From contig MU057351.1 in assembly GCA_013239625.1 (NCBI GenBank), forward strand, positions 8,664,625 through 8,728,624: a DNA stretch of 64,000 nucleotides, read 5' to 3'. Source of the stretch: Lama guanicoe. Its lineage: Eukaryota. Of the stretch, positions 12,526 to 24,605 are shown piece by piece (position 1 is the stretch's first letter; each line of letters starts with the position of its first letter). The position numbers and the translations under genes are program-made. The notes under the pieces were generated by a model. It searched no databases and was not told where the DNA came from. It saw nothing but the letters and a program-made list of their open reading frames with translations.

Positions 12526-13599
12526 TGTGTCCAACTGATGATAAAATTATGATGAGAAAATGAAATATACACTCAAGGTTCACCCTTGCTAGCCTCTGTT
12601 TTTTTAATATGAAACAAAGTTCTTTATACAATTGCTCAAGTGTCTTTAGGTAATAGTAATGACAATAATGATAGAACGAACCAGATAAATAACCAAAACT
12701 AACACTGACATACACAAGATATGTATACTCTTTCTTGACACACTAAACTAGTCTGAGCCCACAGGCCTAACTTCAGTCCTGAACAGAAAGTCAGCCTTCA
12801 TATGTCACCCCTAAGGTTCACTTTCAGGCCAAGCAGACAGACCTTGGCTGGAAAGCTGCTTTTCAGAAAGTCATAAGCCATTTCTGCACCAAAGGGTCAG
12901 TAGAAAGGAGAAAACACCAAAGAGAGACCTGCGAAGGCCCAGAACACTCACATTTGCAAATTCCCCGAACCAAACAGAGGCTCATTTCTGTACTTCTTGC
13001 TTTTCTCTTTGAGACTATAGTCATTTAAATGTAATTTTTCATCCACATGTTCACCCCTTCTATCGAATAACCCATTTTATATTTCGTGTTACACTACTGA
13101 ATCAGTAAGAGAAGTTTTCTTTTTTCTTTTTCTGTGATTCAACAAAAATTCATACTGATAACAAAATGTAGTAGGAAATTAACCTGGTTTCTTCACAAGT
13201 TCCTTTTCCACTAATCTCTGTGTCTACTTTAATAATTAAGTATTAGAGACCTATAACATGCATTTCTTGGAGTAAGTATTGTCTAAGCATTATTGATATT
13301 CTGCTTATTTACTTCCCCTGCTATCCAAGACGTCTTATATTCTCCTCATATGCACTCATTTTTTCTAGTAGTGTATTTGTATTTTTGGAGTTCTGTGCAG
13401 TGTATATGCACATCAGCTGGATTCTGAGCAAAAGGCTTTCAGTAATATAATTAAGAGAAAAATTGATGCTTTTAAGACTGAAAGATATATTCTAAACAGA
13501 CACAATAAAGAGAGTGAATATTTTAAAAACAGTATAATCTATATTTTAAAATATTAAGCAAATGAGAAACAATGGGACAGAACCTGGCTATAGATTTAA

Positions 13600-13710
13600 A
13601 TCCTGAGTGCTAACAGCAGTGGTGTGATGGCAAAGCCAACTCCTATTAATGCTGGCTGCAATCTGATACGGCATTAGAATTAATTATTTCTTTTAGGCTC
13701 TGGTCAATAT
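13600..13710 (+). mobile_element. L3/CR1 LINE fragment
   Basis: cagcagtggtgtgatggcaaagccaactcctattaatgctggctgcaat resembles the CR1 RT C-terminal region. Confidence 0.4.
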
Positions 13711-14207
13711 GACAGAGCTTCTTGGAGTAAAAATTGGTCAGGGGCGATTTAAACCATTTGATGAAAAATTCTTATGATTCAGAAGTCTAAATAAAAACTT
13801 CACCACTGCAAAGATAAGTTCCACCTTCGTTCAAGCCTCTAGACTCAAAACATAAAACAAAACAAACACACCTGAATGTCAAATAAAGAATATTTTCTAC
13901 ATGTTTGAGCTGTAGAGTGCTATGGGGAGGGTCGGGGTGGGGCATTATATAATAAACACCTTCATAAGGGATTTCAGAAAATGATTCTGATATGAGCAGT
14001 GAAAATCCATAGCTCCATAGAGTAGAAAGACTTGTTCACACAGGAAACCATCTTTCATACTCATTTTTAAAGATTAAAAACTGATTAGGTAACCTGTTAT
14101 TTCAGTTCACTTACTGCAAGATATCTGCATAAACTAACCTAGTATTTACTGAATATTTCTTATAAATGAAACTATGAAGGGACTCAGGGGGAAAAGGGGA
14201 ACCACTT

Positions 14208-14720
14208 CTCATTTCTTTCAACAATAATTACTGAGTACCCACTGTTCTGGGTGCTCAGGATTTCAGTGATGAATGAAAGACACCAACTTCTACCTCATAA
14301 GGTCTATTCCCGTAGTGGGGGGAGATGATGAACAAGACATACAGCAAAGCAAAAAAATGGGCTGATGAGTGACATCAGGAGGAGTGACGTTCTTGTTGGT
14401 GACTGGAGTGGGTGGTTCTTTCCTGAAAAGATGGTGGAGGAGATAAAGGAGGAATCCCAGAGTATATCTGAGGGAAGATCACTCCAGGGAGAATGGAGTG
14501 CAAAGCTGGAAGGCAGAGGCTGCTGAAGTGTGAGAACAACGTGGAAGCCCACGTGGCTGGAGTAGAATGAGGGAGAGAAAGAGTGGCAGGAGGCGAGAAC
14601 AGAGATGTAAAAGGAGAAATTATCTGGAGTCCTTATTATAGGTCATTGGAATAACTTTTACTTGTACTTTGAGTGACGGGGGCCACGGTAAGAGTTTGAG
14701 CAGAGTAAGAACTTAGGCTT
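14208..14720 (-). mobile_element. L2 LINE 3' fragment (L2a-like)
   Basis: catttctttcaacaataattactgagtacccact...ggaagcccacgtggctggagtagaatgagggagag...gagtttgagcagag. Confidence 0.9.
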
Positions 14721-14779
14721 TTAAGCGTCCACTCACAGACTCATGAAGCTCTGTCAAAGAATGAATGCGATCACTGACA

Positions 14780-14955
14780 TAGTATCAGCCAGTCAACTCT
14801 GTGCCAGGTTATTTCACAAATATGCACAGTCAGCCTGTTTCGTAATTTAGCTGAGGAACTTGAAGCTTGGAATGTTTATGCAACTAGACCAATATCACAC
14901 AGCGAGATACAGCAGAGCTGGCCTTCAAACCCAAGCATTCTGAATTCTGACTCCT
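14780..14955 (-). mobile_element. MIR fragment
   Basis: tgaggaacttgaagcttggaatgtttatgcaactagaccaatatcacacagc...ttcaaacccaag. Confidence 0.7.
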
Positions 14956-15294
14956 TGGAAGAGAGGCTTGCACCTTCTGGCTTCTTCAATGCTCAGAGAA
15001 CACAGGAGAGAGACTGGTTTTCTCTGTCTAGAGAGCTAAAGAAAGAAGAAGTTTTGAATGAGAGCAGAGCCATTCCAAGCAAAGGAAGGCCTGGTATGGT
15101 CAGGACGAGGCTTTGTTTACCAGCAACTTGTTAGCTCAGAGCAGAGGCCTGGGAAGAGACCAGACGGGTGGTTTTAGCAGGTCCTAACCCAAAAGGAAGA
15201 TGTTCCTCTTTGCGGAGATGATTTTGTCCTATAACCAGGCAAGGGCAAGAATGCCACTAAAATGTCTGTAGACAAAAACTATGTGTATACTGAC

Positions 15295-15418
15295 TATTTG
15301 ACTTCTCCTATAGACAGCAAACCATTGAGAGCAGGGACCTACTGTCCTGTGTACTGTGGCTTTCCAGCTCCTAACACTGTGACTGCAGTAAATGCCTGGG
15401 AACTATTTGTTGAATACA
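15295..15418 (+). mobile_element. L2 3' end fragment
   Basis: ccattgagagcagggacctactgtcc...ccagctcctaacactgtgactg...ctatttgttgaat. Confidence 0.7.
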
Positions 15419-16329
15419 AGTATTAATGCCTACAATATGTAAGAGTTGGGTTACATATGTTTTCAGTAGCAATATATATTACTCTTTTGCAAGTTCAAGT
15501 CCAGGACTGGGTGCAAATGGTAGCCATGCAAAGCCAGAAGCCATGTCTTTCTGCCCAGCAGGAAAATGCAGCATTTGCACAGTCAGCATTTGTTACATCT
15601 ACTGGTCAGCCAAACGCTCTCAGCCTGGATGTCAGTGATTCACTAGGCTCCTGGTTACCCCTCTTGGAGCAGAGTTCCCATAGACTTCAAGACCTTATCT
15701 GGGAGGGAAGAATCAACTCAACTAGGAAATGAGCAGACTTTGTTAGGTTATCAATTCCTGACAGGGGACACCCCCTTATCACCGTGTCTCACTTATCAAG
15801 AGTTGCACCAATGATGTCACACAGGAGACAATATAGGGATGAAACAAGTTCCTGTTCCCATAGGCTTAGCATCTGAAAGAAAATAACACATTTCTGGAAA
15901 AGGAAGTTAGTTATTCCTGATTAATCAAGAGTGATATGAGGGTCTCAAGTGAGTCTGGGTATTAAAGAGAATCTTTGAAATTCTATCAGTTTCAAAAATG
16001 ACCTAGACTTTAAAAAAAACCATTGTCAATGGTCTTCACCAAAATTTTAAAAGTAAGCCTCCGCAGGATGTGAGACTAAATTTTCAAAAGGAAAGTGATG
16101 AAGAAATAGGAATCAATGGCTGAGACAAACATTGGAATTTTGTATAGGAAAAAGAATAAATGTTGTTGTTCCAGGGAAACTATCTTAGGAAGTCTTCCTT
16201 GGAATATTTAAAAGTGATCTAGATTCGAGAACAATAATTGTTTATCATTTATATAAATTGACTTCTCTGGGTCCCTAAATCACCTTAAGTTTATATTCAA
16301 ATATGTATATCCATTAAAAAAATGAATTA

Positions 16330-16584
16330 ACCCAGTGGTTAACAGTAGCTAGGGCTTAAATCAGAAATTCCAGGGTTCTATTCTCAACTCCACAAATTAC
16401 AAGTTACATGACCTTGGAAAACTACTTAACCTTTTAAGTTGATTAATTTCCTCATTTATAAAATAGGTATAATAATACATCTCTTACTGGTTTCCAGTAT
16501 AGATTATATAAGATAATGTGTCTAATACACTTAGCATCTACATGCCACACTGGATGCTCTAAATAGATGGCAGTTATTATTATT
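16330..16584 (+). mobile_element. MIR SINE (near full length)
   Basis: cagtggttaacag...atgaccttggaaaactacttaacc...tttcctcatttataaaataggtataataata...gcagttattattatt. Confidence 0.9.
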
Positions 16585-16670
16585 ACGACAATAACTTTTT
16601 AATCAATTTCTCAATATTACAATGTTACTTTTTACTATGAAACAAAACAAAGGTAAGAATTTAGAACAGC

Positions 16671-18130
16671 AATCAGTTCTCAACATGTGTCCTGTAGTAC
16701 CCTCAGTCATCCAGACCATTTCAGGCTATCTGAGAGGCAAAAGCTATTTCTATAATACTACAATGCTATTTTTATTTTCACTATGTTGACATTTGCACTG
16801 GTGATGCAAAAGCAACTGCAGACAAAACTACCAATGTCTTGGCACAAATGAGGGCAGCAGGACCAAACTTTACTAATGGTCATTATATTCTTTACCTGAA
16901 TGTACTCCCGGTTTAAAAAAAAAAAAAGGTCAGCTTTACTTACGTCCTTGATAAATAAAATGAATTTTCTTTACTAAGGTTCTACCCTTGAGTAATCTTA
17001 TTTTTAACATTCTGTGCAACTGAACATAAAGTACACATAAAGCATTCCTCTTGCACGTAGGAAGGATGACAGTGATCTCCAGGAAAAGCACTTACGCAAT
17101 TTGTTTTTTGTTGGTTTTTTTTGTTGTTTTTTTTTGTTTTTTTTGGAAAAACCACCATTTTGTTTGAAAGAATGAAGAAAAATTATGGCTACATAATAAT
17201 ACATCTCTCACTGGTTTCCAGTATAGATTATATAAGATAATGTTTCTAACATATATTGAGTGTTTGGCATGTTTTCTCAAAAAAGGGATGAAGCAAACCT
17301 GCCAGTTCAGGAAAACAACTCCCAACATATGCTGCAAGTGACAACATATGATTTCCAAGTGAAACTGTTTTGAAAAACTATACCCACTACTCCGAACTTG
17401 AGAGTGTCCCAAAACCTATGGACATTTCTGATGGGACTGGGGGGATATTCATGAATGTGATTATTTGACACTGTAAAGTGAAATATGTCAGCATTTGAAA
17501 ACTCTACATAACTCAATAAACCAATATTTTACAAATAACCAATGTATGATGTTACAAAATCAATCATACATGTGTAACAGATCTATTCAAAGTGCTAGAC
17601 AGACCTATGAATTTTATATGAGTATTAAAAAGCACATTGGTATTTCAAATTCTACACTGCAGCTGATCTTTAAGAAACTATCACGTGTCAAGTATTGGTA
17701 GAGTATCAAAGAAGAATATTCACAGTTATCTGGGAAGGCTACTAAAATGCTCTTTTCCAACTACGTATCTGTTTGAAGTCAGATTCCTTTTACATACTTC
17801 AACCAAAGCAATATATAGCAACAGGAATGCAGAAGCAGTATGAGTATCCAGCTGTCTTCTGTCAGACATTAAGGAAAGAGATTTGCACAAATTTAAAGTA
17901 ATGCCACTCTTCTCATTAATTTTTGTTTTGTAAAATATAGTTATTTTATAAAATTAATTTTAAAGTATATAATGGTGATATTATTTTTAAAAAGTAAGTA
18001 ATACGAAATGATTTCATTTTTAATATGATAAAGCAGGGTTATCACCAGCATAAACAAAAGCCATTTAAGGTCCTCAGTAACTTTTGAGATTGCTAAGGGA
18101 TTTTATGAACAAAAACTTTGAGCACTACAG
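16671..18130 (+). mobile_element. Charlie1a-type hAT DNA transposon with decayed transposase remnant
   Basis: ~1.46 kb; cagttctcaacatgtgtcc start, ttcactatgttgacatttgcactggtgatgcaaaagcaa, tatccagctgtcttctgtcagacattaag, caaaaactttgagcactacag end. Confidence 0.88.
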
Positions 18131-18399
18131 GTCCAAAACATGGGGATCCTATCACATATAGCTCTAGTTTGACACTTTCATGAGGCCTTCCAATAAAATT
18201 TCACCTCTCGATATCAAAAGTGTGAGAAAATGTTCCATGCTGGGTTAGGAAGCCAAATTGGAAATAAGTAAATATACGAACAAAACCCAAACAACCTTAA
18301 TACATAGAAAGTCTATGACTATCAGCACTGACCCGGGAAAGGAATCATAGTAGTGTTTTTCAAGACATCAATTAAAACATCATCATAACAAAAAGATTT

Positions 18400-18630
18400 A
18401 CGTGATATATTGCCTCATAATAAGCATTTTAAACACACCATGGGTATTTAAACCACACCCAATTAATCACCATAGGAATCTCTGAAGGATATTGTTAGCA
18501 TAGTTTCACTATTAAAATTATCTTTATTTCACTGACATGGAAAAATGAAGAGAGGATAAGTACGTCCCAAAGCTAACAAGAGGTGCAGTCAGAATGCAAA
18601 CCTAGGTTTAGCAGCTTTCAAATGCCTGAG
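18400..18630 (-). mobile_element. MIR fragment
   Basis: agagaggataagtacgtcccaaagctaacaagaggtgcagtcagaatgcaaacctagg. Confidence 0.6.
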
Positions 18631-18687
18631 TCTGTGTTTGGGAATAAAGCCACAGTGAGCCCATACTTACATTTGTTGTAACTACAT

Positions 18688-19000
18688 CCTGTCAGAATAG
18701 GTGATGTTGTGGTAACTAGTGAGCTAGTATCTCAGGAGCATAAAACAACAATGGTTTATTTCTCACTCACACTGTATGTCTCTTATAAGTTGAATGCAGC
18801 CCTGCTCCATATTTCTTTACTTCTGGACCCAAGCTGTTGGCAACCCTCCACTTAGAACACTATCAATCTTATGGTGAAGAGAAAAGAGATAATCAATTCC
18901 TTAAAGCCTCTGCCCAGAAATGTTACACACCACTTCCGCTCACATTTCATTGACCAAAGCAAGTCATACAGCCAAGCCTGAGCTCAATACTGTGAATGTA
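18688..19000 (-). mobile_element. MLT1 (MaLR) LTR, old subfamily (MLT1J/K/L-like)
   Basis: aaaacaacaatggtttatttctcactcacactg...aaagcctctgcccagaaatgttacacaccacttccgctcacatttcattgaccaaagcaagtcatacagccaagcctga. Confidence 0.85.
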
Positions 19001-22000
19001 TTCACACAGTAGATGGCATACTGTAAATCACAATAGACACATACTGTAAATGTGACATGAAAGAAATGGAAAAAGTCAAAACAAAAGCAATTAAAACCAT
19101 TCCCAGTAGAAGGCATCATAATGGGTACTCATTCATTTTGTACTAAAGTAGGTTTCAGGACACATGGCTGATGTCGATAAAATCCTAATAGTTAATAAGC
19201 TGGACAGAGAGTAGTTCCTCAGATTTTCAAATTCTCTATATAGTGTGATGTTCTATGTGTATTTCATGAGCACCTCAGTGCTCACCAGACCCTGGCATTC
19301 TATTCCTGAAGCCCAGTCTAAAGATGATTCAAAGTGTTTTTGTTACTTTTATTGCCATTTCTCCATCAACAACTGGGGATTTGCTAGCTAGTACATTTAA
19401 AGGTTAGAAATGGTTTTAATATGTGAAATAGTGGCTTTTCAGTTATCATCATAAATGTTAAAAATGAGTTTTAATTAGCTGAATTAAAAGTATTCATCAT
19501 ATTTATAAACTGGCTAAGAGGTCTCTGAGATACACAGCATCCTTATTAATCCAAGCGTCTGAATTTGGATCATTTCTGGTTTACTGGTACAACTAGGGAC
19601 CTTCGAAGAGAATTCTGCCCCTAGACCCTTGGGCCTGCTGTGTGAGAGATAATTTATACAAATTAACGATTGATAATTTATACAAACTGAGCCTCTAAAA
19701 GGACTGAGAGCTTAAAGAAGAGACTGCATGAACGTATGTGCCTATTTGCTAACGGCTGTTGGTTAAGGTTCAATGCATACACGCAGGGCAGAATTTGGTT
19801 GGGTGGCATTCTTCTCCACCTACAAGAACTTAGAGATTTAAGAGCAAACTGAAAAAGGTTAACTTGCTAGAGTGTCCTGAATTGTTATTGCTTTAGATTT
19901 TTCTCAATCATACTTAGTTGAATTTGATGTGGTCTATATTTTATGTTTCGTTTTGAGACATTTTTTCCTAAACATGGTATCATTCTCAAGTGCATGATTC
20001 ATTTCAGCTTAGATAGAATGAAACCTTAATGGAACTTAATATGAAAAGGAAACATGACCAGGGGCTAAGTTAGTATTTGCTATCTAACCACTAAAAATTT
20101 TGGAAAACCTAGTAATTAATCATTAATTGCTATTCAACAGACATTTAAGGGTAAGTTATAACCTTACTGTGGAACCTATGACTGAGGAGGGAAAGTGACT
20201 TTCCAAGAGTCAAACACCCTCATAATTTTAAATATAACTCAGAAACTAAATTCAGTACCTTTCTCCCAATATCTTTAATCTCTGGGTAACAGTAATATCT
20301 GTAATGTGACCTTACTATTCACTCTGAGGTAGGTTATAGAAGGACAGGGAAAAAATTATGTGTGAATTATCTTTGTATGTGTGAATTATCTTTCATAATT
20401 TATCTTTCAGAAATCCTTAAGGGAATTTACTTTGCTTTAGTCATGACTCTAACTCGAACTATATTTAATATATTTTTAAAAAACCAACTGAGTTTTTTTA
20501 TTTTAAATTTTGCCCTTTATTCTTGGGGGAAAAAAAAACCACAATGAGCACTTTGGTGGTATAACAACTGTTTCTGAATCAAATTTTCTATATCATGGTA
20601 TTCAGAATTCCACAAAACAGTACTTAAACCACATAAATAAGTTCACACAGATTATTAAATTGTCCCTCAGATAGGTCTATGCTGGTCCAAAAAATAAACA
20701 AATAAAACTGTAAAACTTTCAGACACTCCTTTTAAGAGTAAAATTTCATGTGATAATTAAAATATCACCACCACAGTGAGATGACAATTTGATCTTTCTT
20801 AATATCTTGCCTAGTATCTCAAATATTACTGAAAGTGGACTGAATGTGAACTGTTTATTTGCATGTGTTTCTGAATCTTAAGGGTCTGCCAAGAAGAATC
20901 CAGGACCCTGTGATGTCAGTATTTCTTTTTTTTTTTTTTAAGTACTTAATTATTCTCAGTCAGATGACTTGAATGCCAGTTGTGCATGGGCCATGCCACA
21001 TTCTTCTTTGTAATTTTGCTTTCTTATTCTGATACCCTATATGGAAAGTTCTGATTAGTATTTCAGTCACATTGCTTTTATTAGTGAATTCATGTATTAA
21101 CAGAGCAGATCTAGCTTGTAAAATAAACATATGTGTACTCTGAGCAATCTGATCCATTAAAAAAATTCTATGAGATTAATAACCAATGACAGACTTATAA
21201 CTTTAAAGTATGTACACAAAAATGATTTTTAAAATGTGCTTAGATTTGACTTGACATATTTTCATGCTATTGAAGAAATAGATTCTTAAATACTTCGAAA
21301 ACACTGCTATTACAAATAAATACGGTTATCATTTTGTTTCTAGGTATCAGGACAAGTAGTACCTCCAGTCTCACGATGGTAATTCTTAACAACAAACTAT
21401 TTATCCTTCACTTGCTGCAGCTGTAAAGCTGAATGTCAAGCTCACAGTTTGCATATTTGTGCAGCTTTGTTTAGAAAACTGGCTCTATTGTGAACGTGTT
21501 TCAAAATTGCCAAATGCGTGTGTAATGAAAACATATCTGCTAAACAAAAGAGAGAGACCAAGTTTGAGAAAGGAATTAGCAAGAAAACATTAGTTTAAAA
21601 AGTTCTCCTATAATTAAACTGTGTTGCAAATGAAGTGGATCTTTTCCCAAACATGCTATTCACAGCATCCATAATCATCAAAGAGCAGGCACTCCAGACA
21701 GAGCCAGAAGCAGAGCAGCCACACGTGACTCAGAATAAAGCAAAAGAGGGCCTGGCAGTTGGAGGTGAGGCTGCACTCGTGTGATCTCCCAATTTCAAGC
21801 ACCAAAAAGCACCAACATTTCAGCATGATGTGAAAAAAATTAACAATTAAGGTGACTTTGTGTGTCTTTCACCAATGGGTAGAGAGAAAATTCTGAAAGG
21901 GCTTTTTCTGATTTCCTTTGATTTAAAGTATCAGCATTTTGACCTGCTCAAGTGCCACCTAATCAGTAATATTTTCTCTCAATACACGTATGTGGATACA

Positions 22001-22099
22001 CACATATACATACCTATGTGTACGTGTACGTGTATGCATATTGAGAGAACACCTTACTAGTAGTGATTTTTTTATGTGTGTGCGTGACTCTTCAATCAG

Positions 22100-22300
22100 T
22101 CTTGAAATCCTGTCCCCCTTTGTTTATACCACCTAACATACCATATATTGCCTTATTTCTTTAGTATCTACCCCACCCAAAATATAAACCTCATAAGAAC
22201 AGAAACTATCTCTAGTTCTCTGCCATATCTCTCGAACCAGGACCTAACAGGATTGACTCCATAAAAATGTGTTTAATAAGTGAATGAATCAGTCAATCAA
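22100..22300 (+). mobile_element. L2 3' end fragment
   Basis: aatataaacctcataagaacagaaactatctc...ccataaaaatgtgtttaataagtgaatgaatc. Confidence 0.7.
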
Positions 22301-22399
22301 ATATGAGTCTCTTTTCACACTAAGAGAAATATTATAAACATCTGCTCGGTAGGTTTCAGTATACTTCTGTCTGGGTAAAGATATATCATACTTCTATAA

Positions 22400-22690
22400 G
22401 ACAGCCACATTTCTTAGAAAACATTCCAAAGATGATTAAAATCTCTTTGTAAATAAGGACGTATATCATGTCTTCCCTGTGCAACGTTATATTCATATGA
22501 GAAACAAATTTGCTTCTAGCATATAAATCTGTATTTGGCCACTGATTATTATTTAACCACTTGTTCTTCACACTGTGAATGGGATTTCAGATTTTTCTAT
22601 ACATGTTTATAAGTGAAGATTAGTGAACACCTTTATCAAGTAGCCTATTTCTATTTGAGTAAGTCTGCTTTGATAGTATTACTTCAAGAA
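22400..22690 (-). mobile_element. Old L1 (L1ME) 3' fragment
   Basis: ttatttaaccacttgttcttc...atttcagatttttctat...gtgaacacctttatc. Confidence 0.45.
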
Positions 22691-22869
22691 GAAAGAGAGG
22701 GGTGGGGGAGGGAGGGAGAGAGAGAGGAAGGGAGAGAAAAAAAGCAGAGATAAATTTCTACATAGCATTATAGAACATATTCTTCATTTTCCCCTCCAAT
22801 CAAATCTTAACAATAACTGGATGTTAGAGGCCAAAATTGATAACTGATTCCCTTTCACCAAGACCAAAC

Positions 22870-23480
22870 TCTGCCAGGAGCAAAAAGGAATCTTTTCGAA
22901 GTGTGAAGCCCATCCATCATGTCACCCCCATGCTTAAAATCCATCACTCTTCACCTGAAGAGCAACGTCCACAGCACTGCTCAGTGTCCACTGGGTCTGA
23001 GCCTGGCTTCTCTCCCGAGTCTCGTTGATCATTACTCTCTCACCTGGTCTGTGAGCTTCACCAAGCTACCTTCTCTCAATTTCTAATTTCTCCACTTTCT
23101 TTCTAAACCGCAGGCCTCTGGTCCTACTATTTCATCTGTAAAGCTCTTCTTCACCCCACTTCCTCGTGTTAACACTGGACGCTTTCCCTTACTTCCTCCC
23201 ATTCTCATTCTAGGCCAGGTTCCTTTGTTACATACAAAGTCTGTCCTTCTTTCCTTCCTCCCTCCCTTCCTTCATTGTTTCTTTGTTCCTTCATCCCTTT
23301 CTTTGAGAGCACATATCTTCATTTGTCATCATGCATTCTTCTGCATTTTCATTTGACTAATACGCATTCCCCCAACTAGCCTGTAGGAGAGGAGGGCCAC
23401 ATCTGTTCACCCTGCGTTCCCTAGCTCAGAAACAGCGCCTGGTGTGTGTCACACAGGAAGCCATTAATACCAGTTACGTA
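22870..23480 (+). mobile_element. L2 LINE 3' region
   Basis: atcatgtcacccccatgcttaaaatccatc...cccccaactagcctgtaggagaggagggccacatctgttcacc...cagcgcctgg. Confidence 0.75.
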
Positions 23481-23556
23481 AATGACAGCAGATAATTTTC
23501 AAACTGCATGACTTGCATTGCTAATGGAAGTCAACTATTATTTTAAAATACACTTT

Positions 23557-23803
23557 AGGAGTTTGGGATTAATAGATACACACTACTGTATATAAATTAG
23601 ATAAACAACAAAGACCCACTGCATAACACAGGGAATTATATTTTCTTTCTTGTAATGAGCTATAATGGAGAAGAATCTGGAAAAAAATACACATATATAC
23701 ATACACACAGACACACACACACACACACAACTGAATCGCTTTTCTGTATACCCAAAACTAACATTGTAAATTGGCTATACTTCAATAAAAAATACGGAAT
23801 TTA
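23557..23803 (+). mobile_element. 5'-truncated cetartiodactyl-type L1 3' UTR with 12-bp TSD
   Basis: ggagtttgggattaatagatacacactactgtatataaa...cttcaataaaaaa; perfect TSD aaaatacacttt at 23545-23556 and 23804-23815; internal (CA)n. Confidence 0.92.
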
Positions 23804-24524
23804 AAAATACACTTTGCTTAACAAAACAATGAAGTACGAAATTATGTTCATGGCCTTGCCTTGTTGGATGCACATAGGTAGTTAAAGAGCAGTAAATGCA
23901 GAAGGAATGTCAAACACTGAGAAGTTTCAATATCAGCGACTTCTGTTCTGAGTACCTCTGAGTCTGTCTAATGACAGGACACTCATTTCCACAGGGAATA
24001 GAGAAGGCAGAAGCACTGATGAAAGAACACTAGATTCATTTTGATCATCTAGAAAAGAATTTTATGACACACTGTTGATAGTAATTATGAAATGAATAAA
24101 AGGGGAAAGGTTGGAAAATGCGAAAACGAAGCACTCAGACCCTGCTGAACATTTCCAGGGAAATAAATATTTAGTTACTCCATAGTGAGAATGCCATGTT
24201 ATGTGATGTGCAATGTTTTATGCCTCACAGCACAGAAGTTATGAGAGATCAGTCAGTAATCAAAGAGTAACACCATCCGTTAACCAAAGCAAGAGATGAC
24301 GCAGAAATGATAAATGAAGTGTCTCTTTAGAGACGGAGAAAAATGAATGAAGACTTCAGACATTAAGATCCATCTGGCTCCCCCTGGGATTTCTGAGAGG
24401 ATTTTACATTCACGTTTTCTCACTTGGTTTCTCCCATATTTTTATGTGCATTTAAGCCCAGAAAATGCCTTGCACCCAAATCAACAAAAATGATTAGTCC
24501 ATCCAGGGAAAAGACACCAGGGAT

Positions 24525-24605
24525 TGGCTGAGCGTTTTATCTTGGATCCAATATTGAATAGCTGTGTAACCTTGACAAAATAACTTGACCTCCCTCTTGA
24601 GTCTT
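24525..24605 (+). mobile_element. MIR core fragment
   Basis: tagctgtgtaaccttgacaaaataacttgacctccctc. Confidence 0.6.

Noticed and set aside
15790-15890. Minus-strand splice acceptor tgtgttattttctttcag
   Set aside because: The downstream sequence looks like an L2 remnant and there is no convincing donor.
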